Shown piece by piece: positions 13,563 through 25,828 of a stretch of 64,000 nucleotides of DNA (positions are counted from its first letter, which is position 1; every line of letters starts with the position of its first letter). The stretch is from contig NW_026860005.1 in assembly GCF_026571515.1 (NCBI RefSeq), forward strand, positions 62,001 through 126,000, given 5' to 3'. Under the pieces are notes generated by a model. That model made no database searches, was not told the origin of the DNA, and worked only from the letters and a program-made list of their open reading frames with translations. This DNA comes from Ruditapes philippinarum. Its lineage: Eukaryota. The position numbers and the translations under genes are program-made.

Positions 13563-14747
13563 ATTTTAAGCTCGACTATACGAAGTATTATGGAGAGCTG
13601 TCCTACTCGCCCCGGCGTGGGCGTCGGCGTCCGCGTCCAGATTTCAGATTAAAGTTTTGGTGCAGTAAATAGAGGTGTAAGTTCAATACTGAATTTAGTG
13701 CATGATTTGAATAAGATGATATTATGCGAGCCTCTGGCGAGCATAATATTATTTTTTTCAACGAGTGCAATGAATTCAGTAATGAACATACACGAATTTA
13801 ATATTCTATTTATCACATACCCAAATTAAAGACCGTTTAAACGGAAATAAGAGTTATTTTTCATTGACGTGCCTATAGTATAACACTAACATTTAGTGCA
13901 TCTTTACGCTATGTTTGTATAACTCTAATGACTTCACGTCAAAATATATGCACAGCCCTGCAATACCATATTTACGGACATGTGTGTGTGATAAAATATT
14001 TTTCACTTTCTTAAGGTATAAACTTCAAACTTCAAATATGTTCCTTATCATCAACCACTTCTTATGTGACAAGGTTCGTAACTCTAGCACCAATATTTTC
14101 AGATTTATCTCCCCGTGAACTTAGAATTTTCCTTAAAAACTATTATTTTTTACTGTTACTTCTTTATTACTTAAGGGATCAACTTCAAACTTCAAATATA
14201 TGTTCCTTATCATTAACCACGTCTTATGTGACAAGGTTCATAACTCTAGTACCAATGTTGCAAGAATTATCTCCCTCTTAACTAAGATTTTTACTTAAAA
14301 ATGTTATTTTTTACTATAACTTCTTTAGTTTTAAAGGTATCTACCTCAGACTTCAAATTACATATTTCTGATAATCAACCACATCTTATGTGATAAGGTT
14401 CATAACTCTCGAAGCAATATTTTTAGATTTATCTCCCATTGAACTTAAAAATTTCTTAAGAAATATTATTATAACTTCATTACTTTTTAAGGTATCTATC
14501 TTAAACTTCAAATATATATTTCTTATCATTACACACACGTTTTGTGACAAGGTCCATAACTCTAGTGTGACTATTTCCAGAATTTTTCCCCCTTGAACTT
14601 GGAATTCATGTTTACAACAATTACTTCTTGTCATAAAAAGAAATATATTTATATTATAATTGATTTTTCTTCTATACTTATTTATTCCTTACTACGTCCA
14701 GTATTTTATTAGTCGAGCTTCGCGGTCTCCTGTGACAGCTCTTGTTT
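13563..14747 (+). mobile_element. Helentron/HINE-type element of the 162-bp-unit family, interrupted by a nested palindromic element
   Basis: 5' TTTTAAGCTCGACT plus (GGCGTC)n; 3' AGTCGAGCT..TCCTGTGACAGCTCTTGTTT; internal units match those at 1-1166. Confidence 0.8.
13668..13999. mobile_element. Nested non-autonomous palindromic element (Crypton-N-like architecture, tentative)
   Basis: ~120-bp imperfect hairpin 13675-13793 centred on GCGAGCCTCTGGCGAGC; second inverted pair TTTATCACATAC (~13809) and TGTGTGATAAA (~13985). It interrupts the HINE. Family assignment is from memory of similar elements. Confidence 0.5.
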
Positions 14748-15454
14748 ATCCCATACTAGTCAAACATACAGAATAAAAAATAAGAAAAAGGCTGAAAATA
14801 TCGATTTTGAATGACATATTTAAGGTTTCGATAAATGGTCTTTACTTGAGATACAAAACTCCAATAGTATAAGTTTTCTTTTGGATACGATATTATTGTT
14901 TTATTGTTTGCTTTAGACGTTTCATCAACAATAACATAAGAGATACAGTAAATTAAATCAAATATGAAAACTATTGCGATAGTAGCCTTTATTTTGCTTT
15001 CGTTTTGACTGAGTTGATAAGTTAATATCTAATTGCTAGAAATAAAAAAAATACAACTCAAGCTGAAGTAACGGTGAAAATGTTTGTTTTCGAGGGGTTA
15101 CTGTTGCACAAATGGTCATACTGCAGAGGGGGTGTAATTTTTAATCGGGACAAAGGTGTACATTGACTTGCGGACATTTTAAGTATCTTTTACTTCGAAA
15201 TTGCAATATATTTAGCTTTGATAATTGAATGCCCCTGCATTAAAGATGATCACACCCATTGAGCCACTTATTTCATATAACGCTTATATAAATAAGATGT
15301 TATTGTAAAGTCATAATTATACTGTGATAATGTTTTGTACGCTGTTCGTTATCTTGTAAGTATGCTGCTATTATGTCATCATGGGCTTATTAGCATTATT
15401 ATTCTGAAATAAATTGTATGTCTTTTTTTAATACATGTACATAGATTAAACCTG

Positions 15455-16090
15455 TTTGAATCCGTGTTTTTTGTGCTGTGTGGCGGCTGCAAGAAGTCGC
15501 CCCGTGCATGTAATCAATGATGTTATATTTTCGATCCTTGAAGATCGTTCAGCACGACACTATTGCTGTGTATACATGCTATGTGGTACTTTTTGATTCT
15601 GTTATTTGGCCTTTTTCAACTTGGTGGTTCCAGTATTCCTACTTGAATACTGTATAATCACCCTTAGGATATGTTGCATGCTTTTTAAATTTGTCTTTTG
15701 ACGTCTTATCTGTTATATGCAGGCTTCATAACCTCATATCCCCTTTCAAAATTCCATTTTATTTAGTTCCGCCCATTGTTTACTCGTTTAGAGCAAAAGC
15801 ATTCTTTTACTTGGGGACCATACGCCGCTTTTCATGGAATGGCACTACTGTGTCACATTGAAGGTTCCATGATAACCGCCGTATGAACTAAACACATCTG
15901 CGGATGTTTCTAAATTCAAAATTTCACCATTTTCGTGTTAAATGTTGAATTCTGCTTAAGCCGGTGCTAGGGGCGTGGACGGTAACTTGCACTTTCCAGT
16001 ACCGTCCACGAACAGGCTCAATCAAACTGAGCCTGCAAAATTTTCAATTTTGTTGCGTTGGACTTTCTTTAGGGATTCTGTTTTTCTCTA
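15455..16090 (+). repeat. Dispersed repeat, copy 2
   Basis: Reverse-complement match to 6995-7420 and 17943-18430. Confidence 0.75.
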
Positions 16091-16629
16091 TTTCATTGCC
16101 ATGAGCCTAGATATATACATACATGTATATGACATGTAAAATTGCTGTGTGAACTGAATACGAAGGATGATAACTGGCCCCGCCCCTAAGTACATGTGGC
16201 GCAATTGTACATTTCAGTTTTTAAGAAATATGACAGTAATGGAACTCATGAGAGCGGCGTATGGCCATAAGACCAGCTTGTTTTGTTGATTTTTTTTTTA
16301 CTTATTCATTTCAAAAACAGACATTACAGCACGCCAAGCAGTACAATCGAGTCCTAAATTTGTTCGTAGACACTTAAGGGTATGATTATTTAAAGTGTAG
16401 AATTTTACACAAATTTGTGATGATAAGTTCTGAAAATTTCTCTTTAACAACAAAGCGGATTTTGACCAAACGACCAATTGGATTGAAGTTCATTCGAACT
16501 ATGGAGACATTCTTCATAATCGTAACTCGTCGCAACACAAAAACTGTGAATTAATTTAATAATCTCCTTATAGATTAGAAAATGATATATTTATGAAATG
16601 TTCGCTTATTTGCAGACTTCTATTTTTGT

Positions 16630-16712
16630 GAGAGAGAGAGAGAGAGAGAGAGAGGTTAAATTTTGTGTGTGTGTGTGTGTGTGTGTGTCCGCGCGCGCGC
16701 GTGTGCGCGTGC
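16630..16712. repeat. Compound microsatellite (GA)n-(GT)n-(GC)n
   Basis: Read directly from the sequence. Confidence 0.95.
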
Positions 16713-17299
16713 GAAATAAATAACATTTTGCGTACAACATGATTTTGAATATGAGGCAAATATTTGCTTGTGTAATTGAGATAGATTTCTTAATTTGCAC
16801 AGATAATTTTGATAAGTAGGTTATAGACAAAAGTATATCCTCATTCTGTGTCGGCTCCATTTCCCTATCACCTGTAATGTCTCCTGAGTCGCTTTCGGAC
16901 GTATCATTTCATTCATAATTAATGTCTGCCGCATATGATATATCTAAATCAGTAAAGGATAGATAATTTTTGTTTTATATGTTATCAAATATGGTAAACA
17001 ATATCAACAAGGAAAGGTGGCGTTCAATGAACGCAACCCCCACACGACTCAGGAAAGAGGAGCCCAGAGGACCCCAACAAAATCAGGGCAGGGAGCAAGG
17101 CAGAGCACGACCAGGCTAATCACTTAATACTTAAAAAGAAATTATAGTAACCGACAAGGAAATTAAGGAAAAACAAATGATTAAGTTATACTTAAAAAGA
17201 AAAAGTAGTAACCTAGATAGAAAACAAAGAAAGCATAAAACTAAAAAGAGACTACCATTTGTTCATAGATGATCAATACTGACGCACACATTATCAGTT

Positions 17300-17576
17300 G
17301 TTTTTTCTGTCGGTTTTCTCCGTCACATTGACACAGTATAGGTCATATGGCGACTTTCTATCTTTATTGGTCGAGGAAGACCTCAGGTGCCCTTCTGTGC
17401 ATTATTTCAGGTACGAGCGGGCACCTGAGTAGAACCACCGACGTTCCGTAAGCTAGCTGGATAGCGTCCTCACATTGAAGAATTCAAAGTCCTTGTCGGG
17501 ATTCGAACCCACAGCGGCGGTAAGGGGGAAGTTGTTTGAAGCCAACGAATTTAACTATTCGACAAAGGACGTCCCT
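17300..17576 (-). mobile_element. tRNA-derived SINE (Meta/CORE-like central domain, tentative)
   Basis: Minus-strand B box GGTTCGAATCC (GGATTCGAACC on + at ~17499); central GGTCTTCCTCGACCA..AAAGTCGCCATATGACC. A related fragment lies on + at ~25970-26012. Confidence 0.7.
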
Positions 17577-17942
17577 TACATCATTAGTTAAATAAAAAAA
17601 TGTATGCCAAAAAAATGGAGTTACGTCTACATGATTTGAAAAGACTGAAGACAGAAAATGTACAATTTATGATGACAATAAAATGCTTTAACATCTAACA
17701 TCTTGGTAACTAGTTTAAACATGTTTCTGCTACAAGTGTTACACATGGTGAATTTGACAGGTTAACATGTATGCACACTCTATTGAAACTATTTACAAAT
17801 GCATAATGTTGGATAGCCATATCTTGGATTTCTGGCAGGCTGATTTGGGAAAACGATATGAAAAAAACTGTTCATAAAGTCTTGCATATAGAAAGGCACA
17901 TTGACGATTACCAGCCCAAAACAGGTAAATATGATTAAAACA

Positions 17943-18478
17943 AGAGAGAAATAAAGAATCCCTAATGAAAAACATGAAATGGTCAAACTTTGAATTTGGA
18001 AACATGCGCAGATGTGTTTATACGACAGTCTTCATGGAACCTTAAATGTGACACGTTCGTGTCATTCCATGAAAAGGGCCCTGTATTCTCCAAGTAAACA
18101 AATGAGTGTGCCCTAAACGGAAAGACAATGGGCGAAATAAAATAAGATATAACTTTGAAAGGGGATCAGAGGTTGTGAAGCATGCATATCACATAAACTT
18201 GCAAAAGACACATTTAAAAAGCAGGCAACATATCCTTAGGGTGATTACACAGCATTCAAGCAAAGTAATACTTAAACCACTAGACTGGGATAAAAGCTTA
18301 AAGAAAAACTAAAAGTACCACAAAATAACAATGATTTCGTGCTGAACGAGTTTTAAGAATTAAAACAGAACATCTCTGACTAAATGTACGGAGCGACTTT
18401 TTATGCGGCCTCCACATTGCACAAACAACGCTAATTATGTGGCGATAAAATATTGTGAAATAAAGAATTCCTAAAGAA
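17943..18478 (-). repeat. Dispersed repeat, copy 3 (internally deleted)
   Basis: Same orientation as the 6995-7420 copy and inverted relative to 15455-16090. Confidence 0.7.
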
Positions 18479-19094
18479 CGTCGACGAGGAAAACCGACTA
18501 GAAAACATGTGAAATTTGGTTTTCCCAGTTAGTTAATCCGCATTTCCCATATTTTTCTTTTTTTTTTCGCCAGAAAAATTTATAATTTATTATATTATAG
18601 AGCTGCAATTCATGAAATTATTCGTTCATGCAGATGTAAATGACATTTAATGAATAGTCTGTCAAACGCATCCTACGTTTAAAGAATATTTAGTAAAATT
18701 ATCTCCGAGTTTTGTACTTATATAATAATATATAATAATGACATTATCCAAATACCATTTCATGTTTGTGTAACATAGATACATCCTAACATTGAGAGAA
18801 TCATTTAAAATATTGCGGACGTACAAACCCGCTTTGTGTTGATCAAAAGCAAACTAAAAAGCAATCCTCATAGTGTAAGACATTAAGTAAAATCAAAGGC
18901 ATGATTTCGGCTTTGCTGGTGATCGGTTTCATTTTGATTTTTAGAACAGGTGGAATACACACACGTAAGTAGCTTGTTTCATAATATATTAAAGGCCCAG
19001 TATGCCCCCAAAATGCTTTATTTTTCATTTTAAAAAAGCTTGTTATTTTTGTGTACTTTTATAATTTTCTCTGAAGTTTACCTTGAAACCCTTA

Positions 19095-19335
19095 TAATTA
19101 AAAAGTTACACATTTCTGATAAAAATGTTACAAAATTTCCAATTGAAAAGTAACAAGATTTCCTGTTAAAATCCAACACAATTTCCGAATGTCACAAAAT
19201 TTCCGAATAAAATGCCACAAAAATTCTGATTGAAAAGTTACAAAATTTCTAATTAAAACACACACGATTCCGATTAAAAACTCCCAAAATTTCCAATGAA
19301 AAATTAATGAAATTGCCTATAAAAAGTAACCAAAT
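19095..19335. repeat. ~22-bp degenerate minisatellite (AAAATTTCCGATTAAAAGTTAC-like)
   Basis: About ten degenerate units are visible. Confidence 0.65.
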
Positions 19336-19890
19336 TAAATACAAAGAAAGAAGTTACATAAGGCCTACAGATGGGATAACTTGTTACTGTACGACACCAG
19401 CAAGCTGTCACGTGACGTTGTCCTAACCCTCCAAAAAGGTTTGATATAAATAAAAAACAAGAAAAGCATTGATGCAAAGCATCAAAGGGCGTCCAAGCAA
19501 GAAATGCAGCAGGTGAAGATGAACTAGTAGATATATGATGACAAGATATTCTTTTAATATTTTCCATGGTTAATTGGTTTTTACCAGAATTTTATATCGG
19601 ACTGTAGTAAGCAAGTCTACAAGATATAATAAGCCACGCCTTTAATATCAAATATCGTTATTGTTACTAGAGTGTATGTTTACTTGATGTTTGGGAGTTT
19701 ATGAGTGTATACTTGGATGCAACACATATAATAAAATATATAAACCATCCTTCGGGTCTTGTTTAGTTTGTGTGCTAGTAAGCCATCCAAATAGAAAATA
19801 TAAATGTTACATTGGCGACGAGGATCGGATATTTAAAAAAAACTGCGGTTTAATTTAAACTGACTCTGTGAAAAAAAAACAGATTTGAAA

Positions 19891-20700
19891 ATGGACAATT
19901 TACCTGCTTTTCCGAAATTCGATGTTTTTGCTGATGAAAATTCTCTGGGAGTACGATGGGAAAAGTATTTGGATAAATTAGAAAACTTATTTGTTGGACT
20001 GGGTATAAACACTAGAAAACGAAAAAAAGCACTGTTACTTCATTAAGCAGGAGATGATGTTTAAGATATCTATGATACATTGAATTTAAGAGAAGACAAT
20101 GAAAACTTACGAAGAAACGAAACTTGGATTAACATCATACTTTAAGCCAAGAAACAACACACAATTTGAAATATTCGAATTTCGTAATATGAAGCAATTG
20201 CATGGGGAATCTATCGACCAGTTTACAACAAGATTACGCCAGAAAGCTAAGAATTGTGAATTTTCGGACATTGACTCAGAAATTAAAAGCCAGATCATAC
20301 AGGGTGTTGTTTCACAAAACATGAGAATGCAGTGTTTACAAGATCCGGATAAATCACTTAATGACTTACTTACAAAAATGAGAACCATGGAAATATCAAA
20401 AAGTCAACCAGCAACTATGTCAAAGGATGAAAGTAGTCAGCAAGTAGTGCGGGTAAAAAGCAATCCTCGATTTAGCCGTCAATCAAAGGGATTCGCACCT
20501 AAACGTTATCAGCAACGTTCATATCAAACTATCCCAGAAGCAAGTTTTGTCGTCGGGAAGGCGAAGCAACCCTCCAGATTGAAATAAAAAATGCCGAAAT
20601 TGTGGAGGAAAGTAGCCCCATATGTCACGTTGCCCTGCTATCGGAGCAGAATGTAACTACTGTCATAAGAAGAATCATTTCATATCGGTCTGCAGAAAAA
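19891..20700 (+). pseudogene. gag: Gypsy gag, disrupted
   Basis: MDNLPAFPKFD..RWEKYLDKLENLF..ALLLH*AG..; ESIDQFTTRLRQKAKNCEF; Cys/His knuckles ending CNYCHKKNHFISVC; in-frame stops and frameshifts. Confidence 0.85.
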
Positions 20701-20799
20701 CGTCAAAACAAGGTGAAGTTAATCGATGATGAACAGTCGGATTCACAAGTTTTATCAGAGGCAAGCACGTCGAGTGTCAGTTCAAATGAGTGCGATGTT

Positions 20800-23700
20800 T
20801 TATTTGGATTTAAAATATCAGATGGGGAAAAAGTGCCAAAGAAATGCATTAAATTAAATGGCGTAGATGTTAATGTGTTGATAGATAGCGGTTCATCGTT
20901 AAATATTATTAGCGAAATCGACCTCAAGAAAATGAAAATTCGTCCTGAAATCAAGAAAACGAAAACAAAAGCATTTGCATTCGGGCAGAAATCTCCACTT
21001 CCATTCATAGGCAAATGTTCCCTGCTTGTGGAGTCGGACTCAAAAATTTATGACAAAAGATTTCCATATCGTTAAAGGTAACAAAGAAACATTAATCAGT
21101 TATGAATTATCGGTAGAGCTTGGGATTTTACCGCAAATACAATCAGTTCATAAATCAGTTCAAAGCAAAGACGCATATTCAGGACTTATTGAAGAATATT
21201 CTCAAGTTTTCACAGGCTTAGGATGTCTGAAAGACAGAAAAGTTAAGTTTCATATTGATAAAAGCGTTGTACCTGTAGCTCAAACGCCTAGGAGAGTTCC
21301 ATTTCATGTACGTGCGCAAGTCGAAAATGAACTTAAAAGTTTAGAGGAAATGGATGTCATTGAAAAGGTTATAGGTTTACCGACACCCTGGGTTTCGAAC
21401 TTAGTTGCAGCTCCGAAACCTAATGCCCCACACGAAGTGAGAGTGTGCGTGGATATGAGAAAAGCTAACACCGCAATCAAAACAGAGAAAAATGTTTGCC
21501 CGACGGTGGATGATATCATATTGACGTTAAATGGCGCAACGGTATTTTCACGTCTAGATCTGTACAAAGCTTTCCATCAAATTGAATTGGATGAAGCATC
21601 ACGTGTAATGACAACGTTTCAGACACATATTGGACTGTTTAGCTATAAAAGTCTAAATTTCGGGGTGTCCGCAGCACCGTTAATTTTCCAAAATGAGCTT
21701 CGTCAAGCACTTCAAGGTCTAAAAGGCATATTGAATATTGCCGACGACATCGTATGTTTTGGTAAGACACAGGAGGAACACGATGCCAATCTTCGCGCTT
21801 TACTGCAACGTCTTCAAGATAGAAACCTCACACTGAACAGCAAAAAATGTTCATTCGGACAATCTAAAATCCAAGTTCTACGGATACGTATTTTCCTAAT
21901 CCGGAATTTCACCCGATCCTGACATAGTAAATGCAGTGAAAAATATGGACAGACCAAAATCAATATCCGAAATCCGTTGATTTCTGGGTCTCACGAACTA
22001 TTTGTCTAAGTTCATAGATGGCCATTCAAGTTTAACAGAACCATTAAGACGACTTACACATAAAGATGTAAAATTTGAATGGACTGCCGACCAAGAAAAA
22101 TCGTTCACATCATTAAAAGATAATTTAATAAGTGTCATGACATATTTCGATCCTAGAAAGGAAACTGAACTCTGGGTCGACGGAAGTCCAGTTGGATGCT
22201 CAGGAATACTTATTCAAAACGGCAAAATAGTATCATATGGAAGCAAAGCATACAATTCAGTTCAGACGCGATATTCTCAAACAGAAAGAGAAGCTTTGAG
22301 TGCTGTTATCATGATTCAGCATTTCCATTTGTATTTATTCGGCAAGAAATTTAAACTTATAACAGATCATGCTGCACTTCAGTCAATCTTCAACAATATA
22401 AAGACAATGCAGTCACCAAGATTAGAACGTTGGCGTTTGAAGTTGACAACGTATGATTTTCAAACAGTTTATAGACCAGGTAAAATGATGATATCAGATT
22501 ATCTTTCCAGGCATCCACATGCAAGACACGAAACAAATACAGTAGCCGAGCAGTATATCAGCTTTATTACTGATAACGCTTTGCCAGATGCATTGAAGCT
22601 GTCAGATGTAGCAAAAGCTACCGAAACGGACTGTATATTAAGCTGTGTAAGAAATGCGTTAGAACAAAATGACTGGAAAACTCAAAAATGCAAATTAGAT
22701 GAAAGTTTTCGGTTATACGAAAATTTGAATAAAAATCAAGAACTTGCAGTTGCATATACGGAAGATGGATTTGTGCTTTTACGGGGTACAAAACTTTGCA
22801 TACCAGAAAGTTTGCAAAAACAAACTGTTATGCTTTCGCACGAAGGTCACCAAGGCCAATCAAAATGCAAAGGATTATTACGTGAATACTGCTGGTTTCT
22901 ACATATGGATAGAATGGTAGACGAAATGTGTAGATCATGCATTGTATGCCAAGCTGCATCAACAATAATTATTCCAGACCCGATTAAACCAACATTACTA
23001 CCACGAGATGTGTTCTCTGAAGTCAGTTGTGACTTTTGTGGTCCATTTCCAGACGGTTACATGTTACTATTTGTTATATGTGACTACAGTAGATTTCCAG
23101 TAGTTGAAAGAATCAAATCGACAGCCGCAGATACAGTCATACCGCGATTAGAGGCGATATTTTCGATATTCGGATATCCAGAGGTAGTGAAAACGGACAA
23201 TGGACCTCCGTTTCAAAGTCGCGCATTCAGAGAATTTGCTGATAATTCGGGATTCAAACATAAACGAATCACTCCATTGCACCCACAGGCAAATGGAATA
23301 GTTGAGAGATTTATGGCGCCACTGCAAAAAGCAATTAAAACAGCGATAGCGTCTAGACAAGATTATAAAAGAGCGTTAAGTAGATATCTTATGAATTTCA
23401 GGAACACACCACAGACAACTACACAAACAGCTCCTAGTGAATTAATGTTCAATCGTAAATTAAAGACAAAATTACCAAAGATGACATTTGACAACAAAGA
23501 CACAGATATTAGAGACAGGGACAGTCTATCAAAAACGAAAAATATACGCTGATAAGAAACGTAAAGCTCAGCGAAATAATTTGAAACTGGGAGATCGTGT
23601 GCTATTAAAACGGGAACAAAGGAATAAGTTTGAAACAGCGTTTGACCCTACCCCCGGGATAATCATCGCTATGAAAGGATCTATGCTTACAATCAAACCT

Positions 23701-23850
23701 AGAGGAAAAGAAATCACACGGGACGTTTCCAAATTGAGATATGTTCATGGAGATCAAGAGCCGGTGCAGACGAAACCTGCAGATAATACATCTTTACCTA
23801 GAAATAGGCCGCAGAGGAAACGCCGACCGCCGAGACGTTATGAAGATTAA
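20800..23850 (+). pseudogene. pol: Gypsy pol (PR-RT-RNaseH-IN), frameshifted
   Basis: Protease LIDSGSS; RT RVCVDMR, LNFG, IADD; RNase H DGS..YSQTEREAL..TDH; integrase HEGH..CRSCIVC, DFCGP, TDNGPPF, NGIVERF. Domain order is that of Gypsy. Confidence 0.93.
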
Positions 23851-25828
23851 GAAAAAAGAAAATGGTTTAATCTATGATACCATTTCTCGTTACAGCTATA
23901 AGGGTTAATGACTCAAATGTGTGGGCCATGATAATGCCCTGATTATATTTGCTATCATAGCAGTGTATCATTTATATCCGCTTGCTGGATTTATTAATCT
24001 TAGGAAAAAAAATGATAGCGTATGTGAGAACATTCTGTTATTCGTGAAATTAATACTTTTTGTTTTTCTTAATTTACCTTGTAATTGGTTTTGTGTGGTA
24101 GAACGGAAAAACAAATCATTCTTTTGATGACAATGCTAGTTGTTTGAACAAATGTTGTGATAATAATGTAATTTGCTTGATATTTTGTGACATAACGAAA
24201 ACTAGAAAAAGATATGACAATTAACAATAACATTATATTTTTCATTACTTCGTTGAAGCAGATGCCCAGTAAACTGATTAGAGTAAATCGAGTTTATAAC
24301 AATAGACTTGCTGTATAGCTTATTTCATACGAAAAGAAAAATATTTCTTATTCAAAATTATAAATGTTACACGGACGAAAGACATTGTTCATTATGAACT
24401 TTGATTGGCATGCTAGAGATTAGAATATTACTTGTTATTTCTTTATGATCGTGGTTATTAATAGCAACGGATATACATGTATACAATCATTTATAATCCA
24501 TATGTGTAACGCATGATCAACACCACACTTGTGTAATTGTCCCTTATTATGTTATCGCTATTAGCGAAAACACCCTCTTAAGGTATATGTTTACACTTAG
24601 TAAAAATATGACACTGGTTATATTACCATGTTGATCATGTTGAGCATAATTATTTATTATACAATAATTGTAATATCTATTTTAATAAAAACATTTTACA
24701 GATTTTATGAATATTGTTTTCTTATCTTTTTTGTGTTTTATGTGCTATTTTAATACTGAGTTTTTACGTTTACTACCCTTTTTTTATCGACCGACGATTA
24801 TATGTCAAAACTTAACTGGAAAAAGTCAGTAAATTATTGTTAATCTCTCAATATATAATATTGTTTATTCTTTAACCACGTACATGTACATTTGTATTTT
24901 TCTTTATCATTTTTTAAATTATCAATCAATTGAATAATTCATAAAATCTTATTTGTAACTTTGAATAATTCCTCGGCATCTTTACTAAACACGAAAAACA
25001 AATTAAATAAAATGTTTCAAAGTTGATAGTGTCATATCAATACCTTAAAATGTACCTTTTTTCTCAATTATTGTACATATTTATTGTTTTTATCTCATAT
25101 AGATAAAATGAAACATGCTATTGTTGTTGGCGGTGTTTTTTTTTCGAATTGTATGTTTATGTACAATATTAATCAATAAATTTGAGAGTTGATCTGTGTT
25201 TATTAATTATTGTAACCAAATTAAGTGACAAACATTCATTTTGGGAAAAAAGCTTATTTATCTGTAAAATAATTGTTCTGTTCTGTAACGACTCCCCGGA
25301 CAATAAACGTGTGAGACTATTCGCCGGTCATTAGTAAATCCCGGTCAAAATAGACCGGGAGAGACCGGGAATTACCGATAGGAGTACATCCCTCTATAAA
25401 TAGATTTTCGGAATGTTTAGCCAAAATTAGGTCATCAACTCATTATTCTATTTACAGCTTTATGATAAATGTACAACAATAACATACCATAATAACCCAC
25501 TGTGTACTACAAAATGATAAATGAAAAAAAAAACCGAAAAGCGCATTTTTTTTACGGAAAATGTTATTTCATTTTGCGAGATTCTCCAGTTGGCTTTTCA
25601 TTGTACATATCGCGACATTTCATTTTTAATTAATAATCAAGCACCCTCATACCGATCGGAATGATCGGTTTTTATTATGACCGACTTTTCACAAAATCTG
25701 ATTTCATTCCATAAGAGGCGCCGCGCTTCGGCGCGGACGCCAACAAAGCAAAAATATATTTCTTGGTTTCCGAGTTACCATTCTTTTTAAAGCTTTATCA
25801 TATGTATGATATTTATATTTATTTCTAG

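Larger units (their letters stand above)
19603..24371 (+). mobile_element. Ty3/Gypsy LTR retrotransposon, decayed; 5' LTR 19603-19811, 3' LTR almost entirely deleted
   Basis: LTR TGTAGT..ATGTTACA, then PBS TGGCGACGAGGA (19813), then gag-pol. The LTR end TATAAATGTTACA recurs ending at 24371. 5-bp TSD CGGAC at 19598-19602 and 24372-24376. Confidence 0.9.

Noticed and set aside
14964-15025. Signal-peptide-like MKTIAIVAFILLSF as neprilysin first exon
   Set aside because: In-frame TGA follows and there is no convincing in-phase GT donor.
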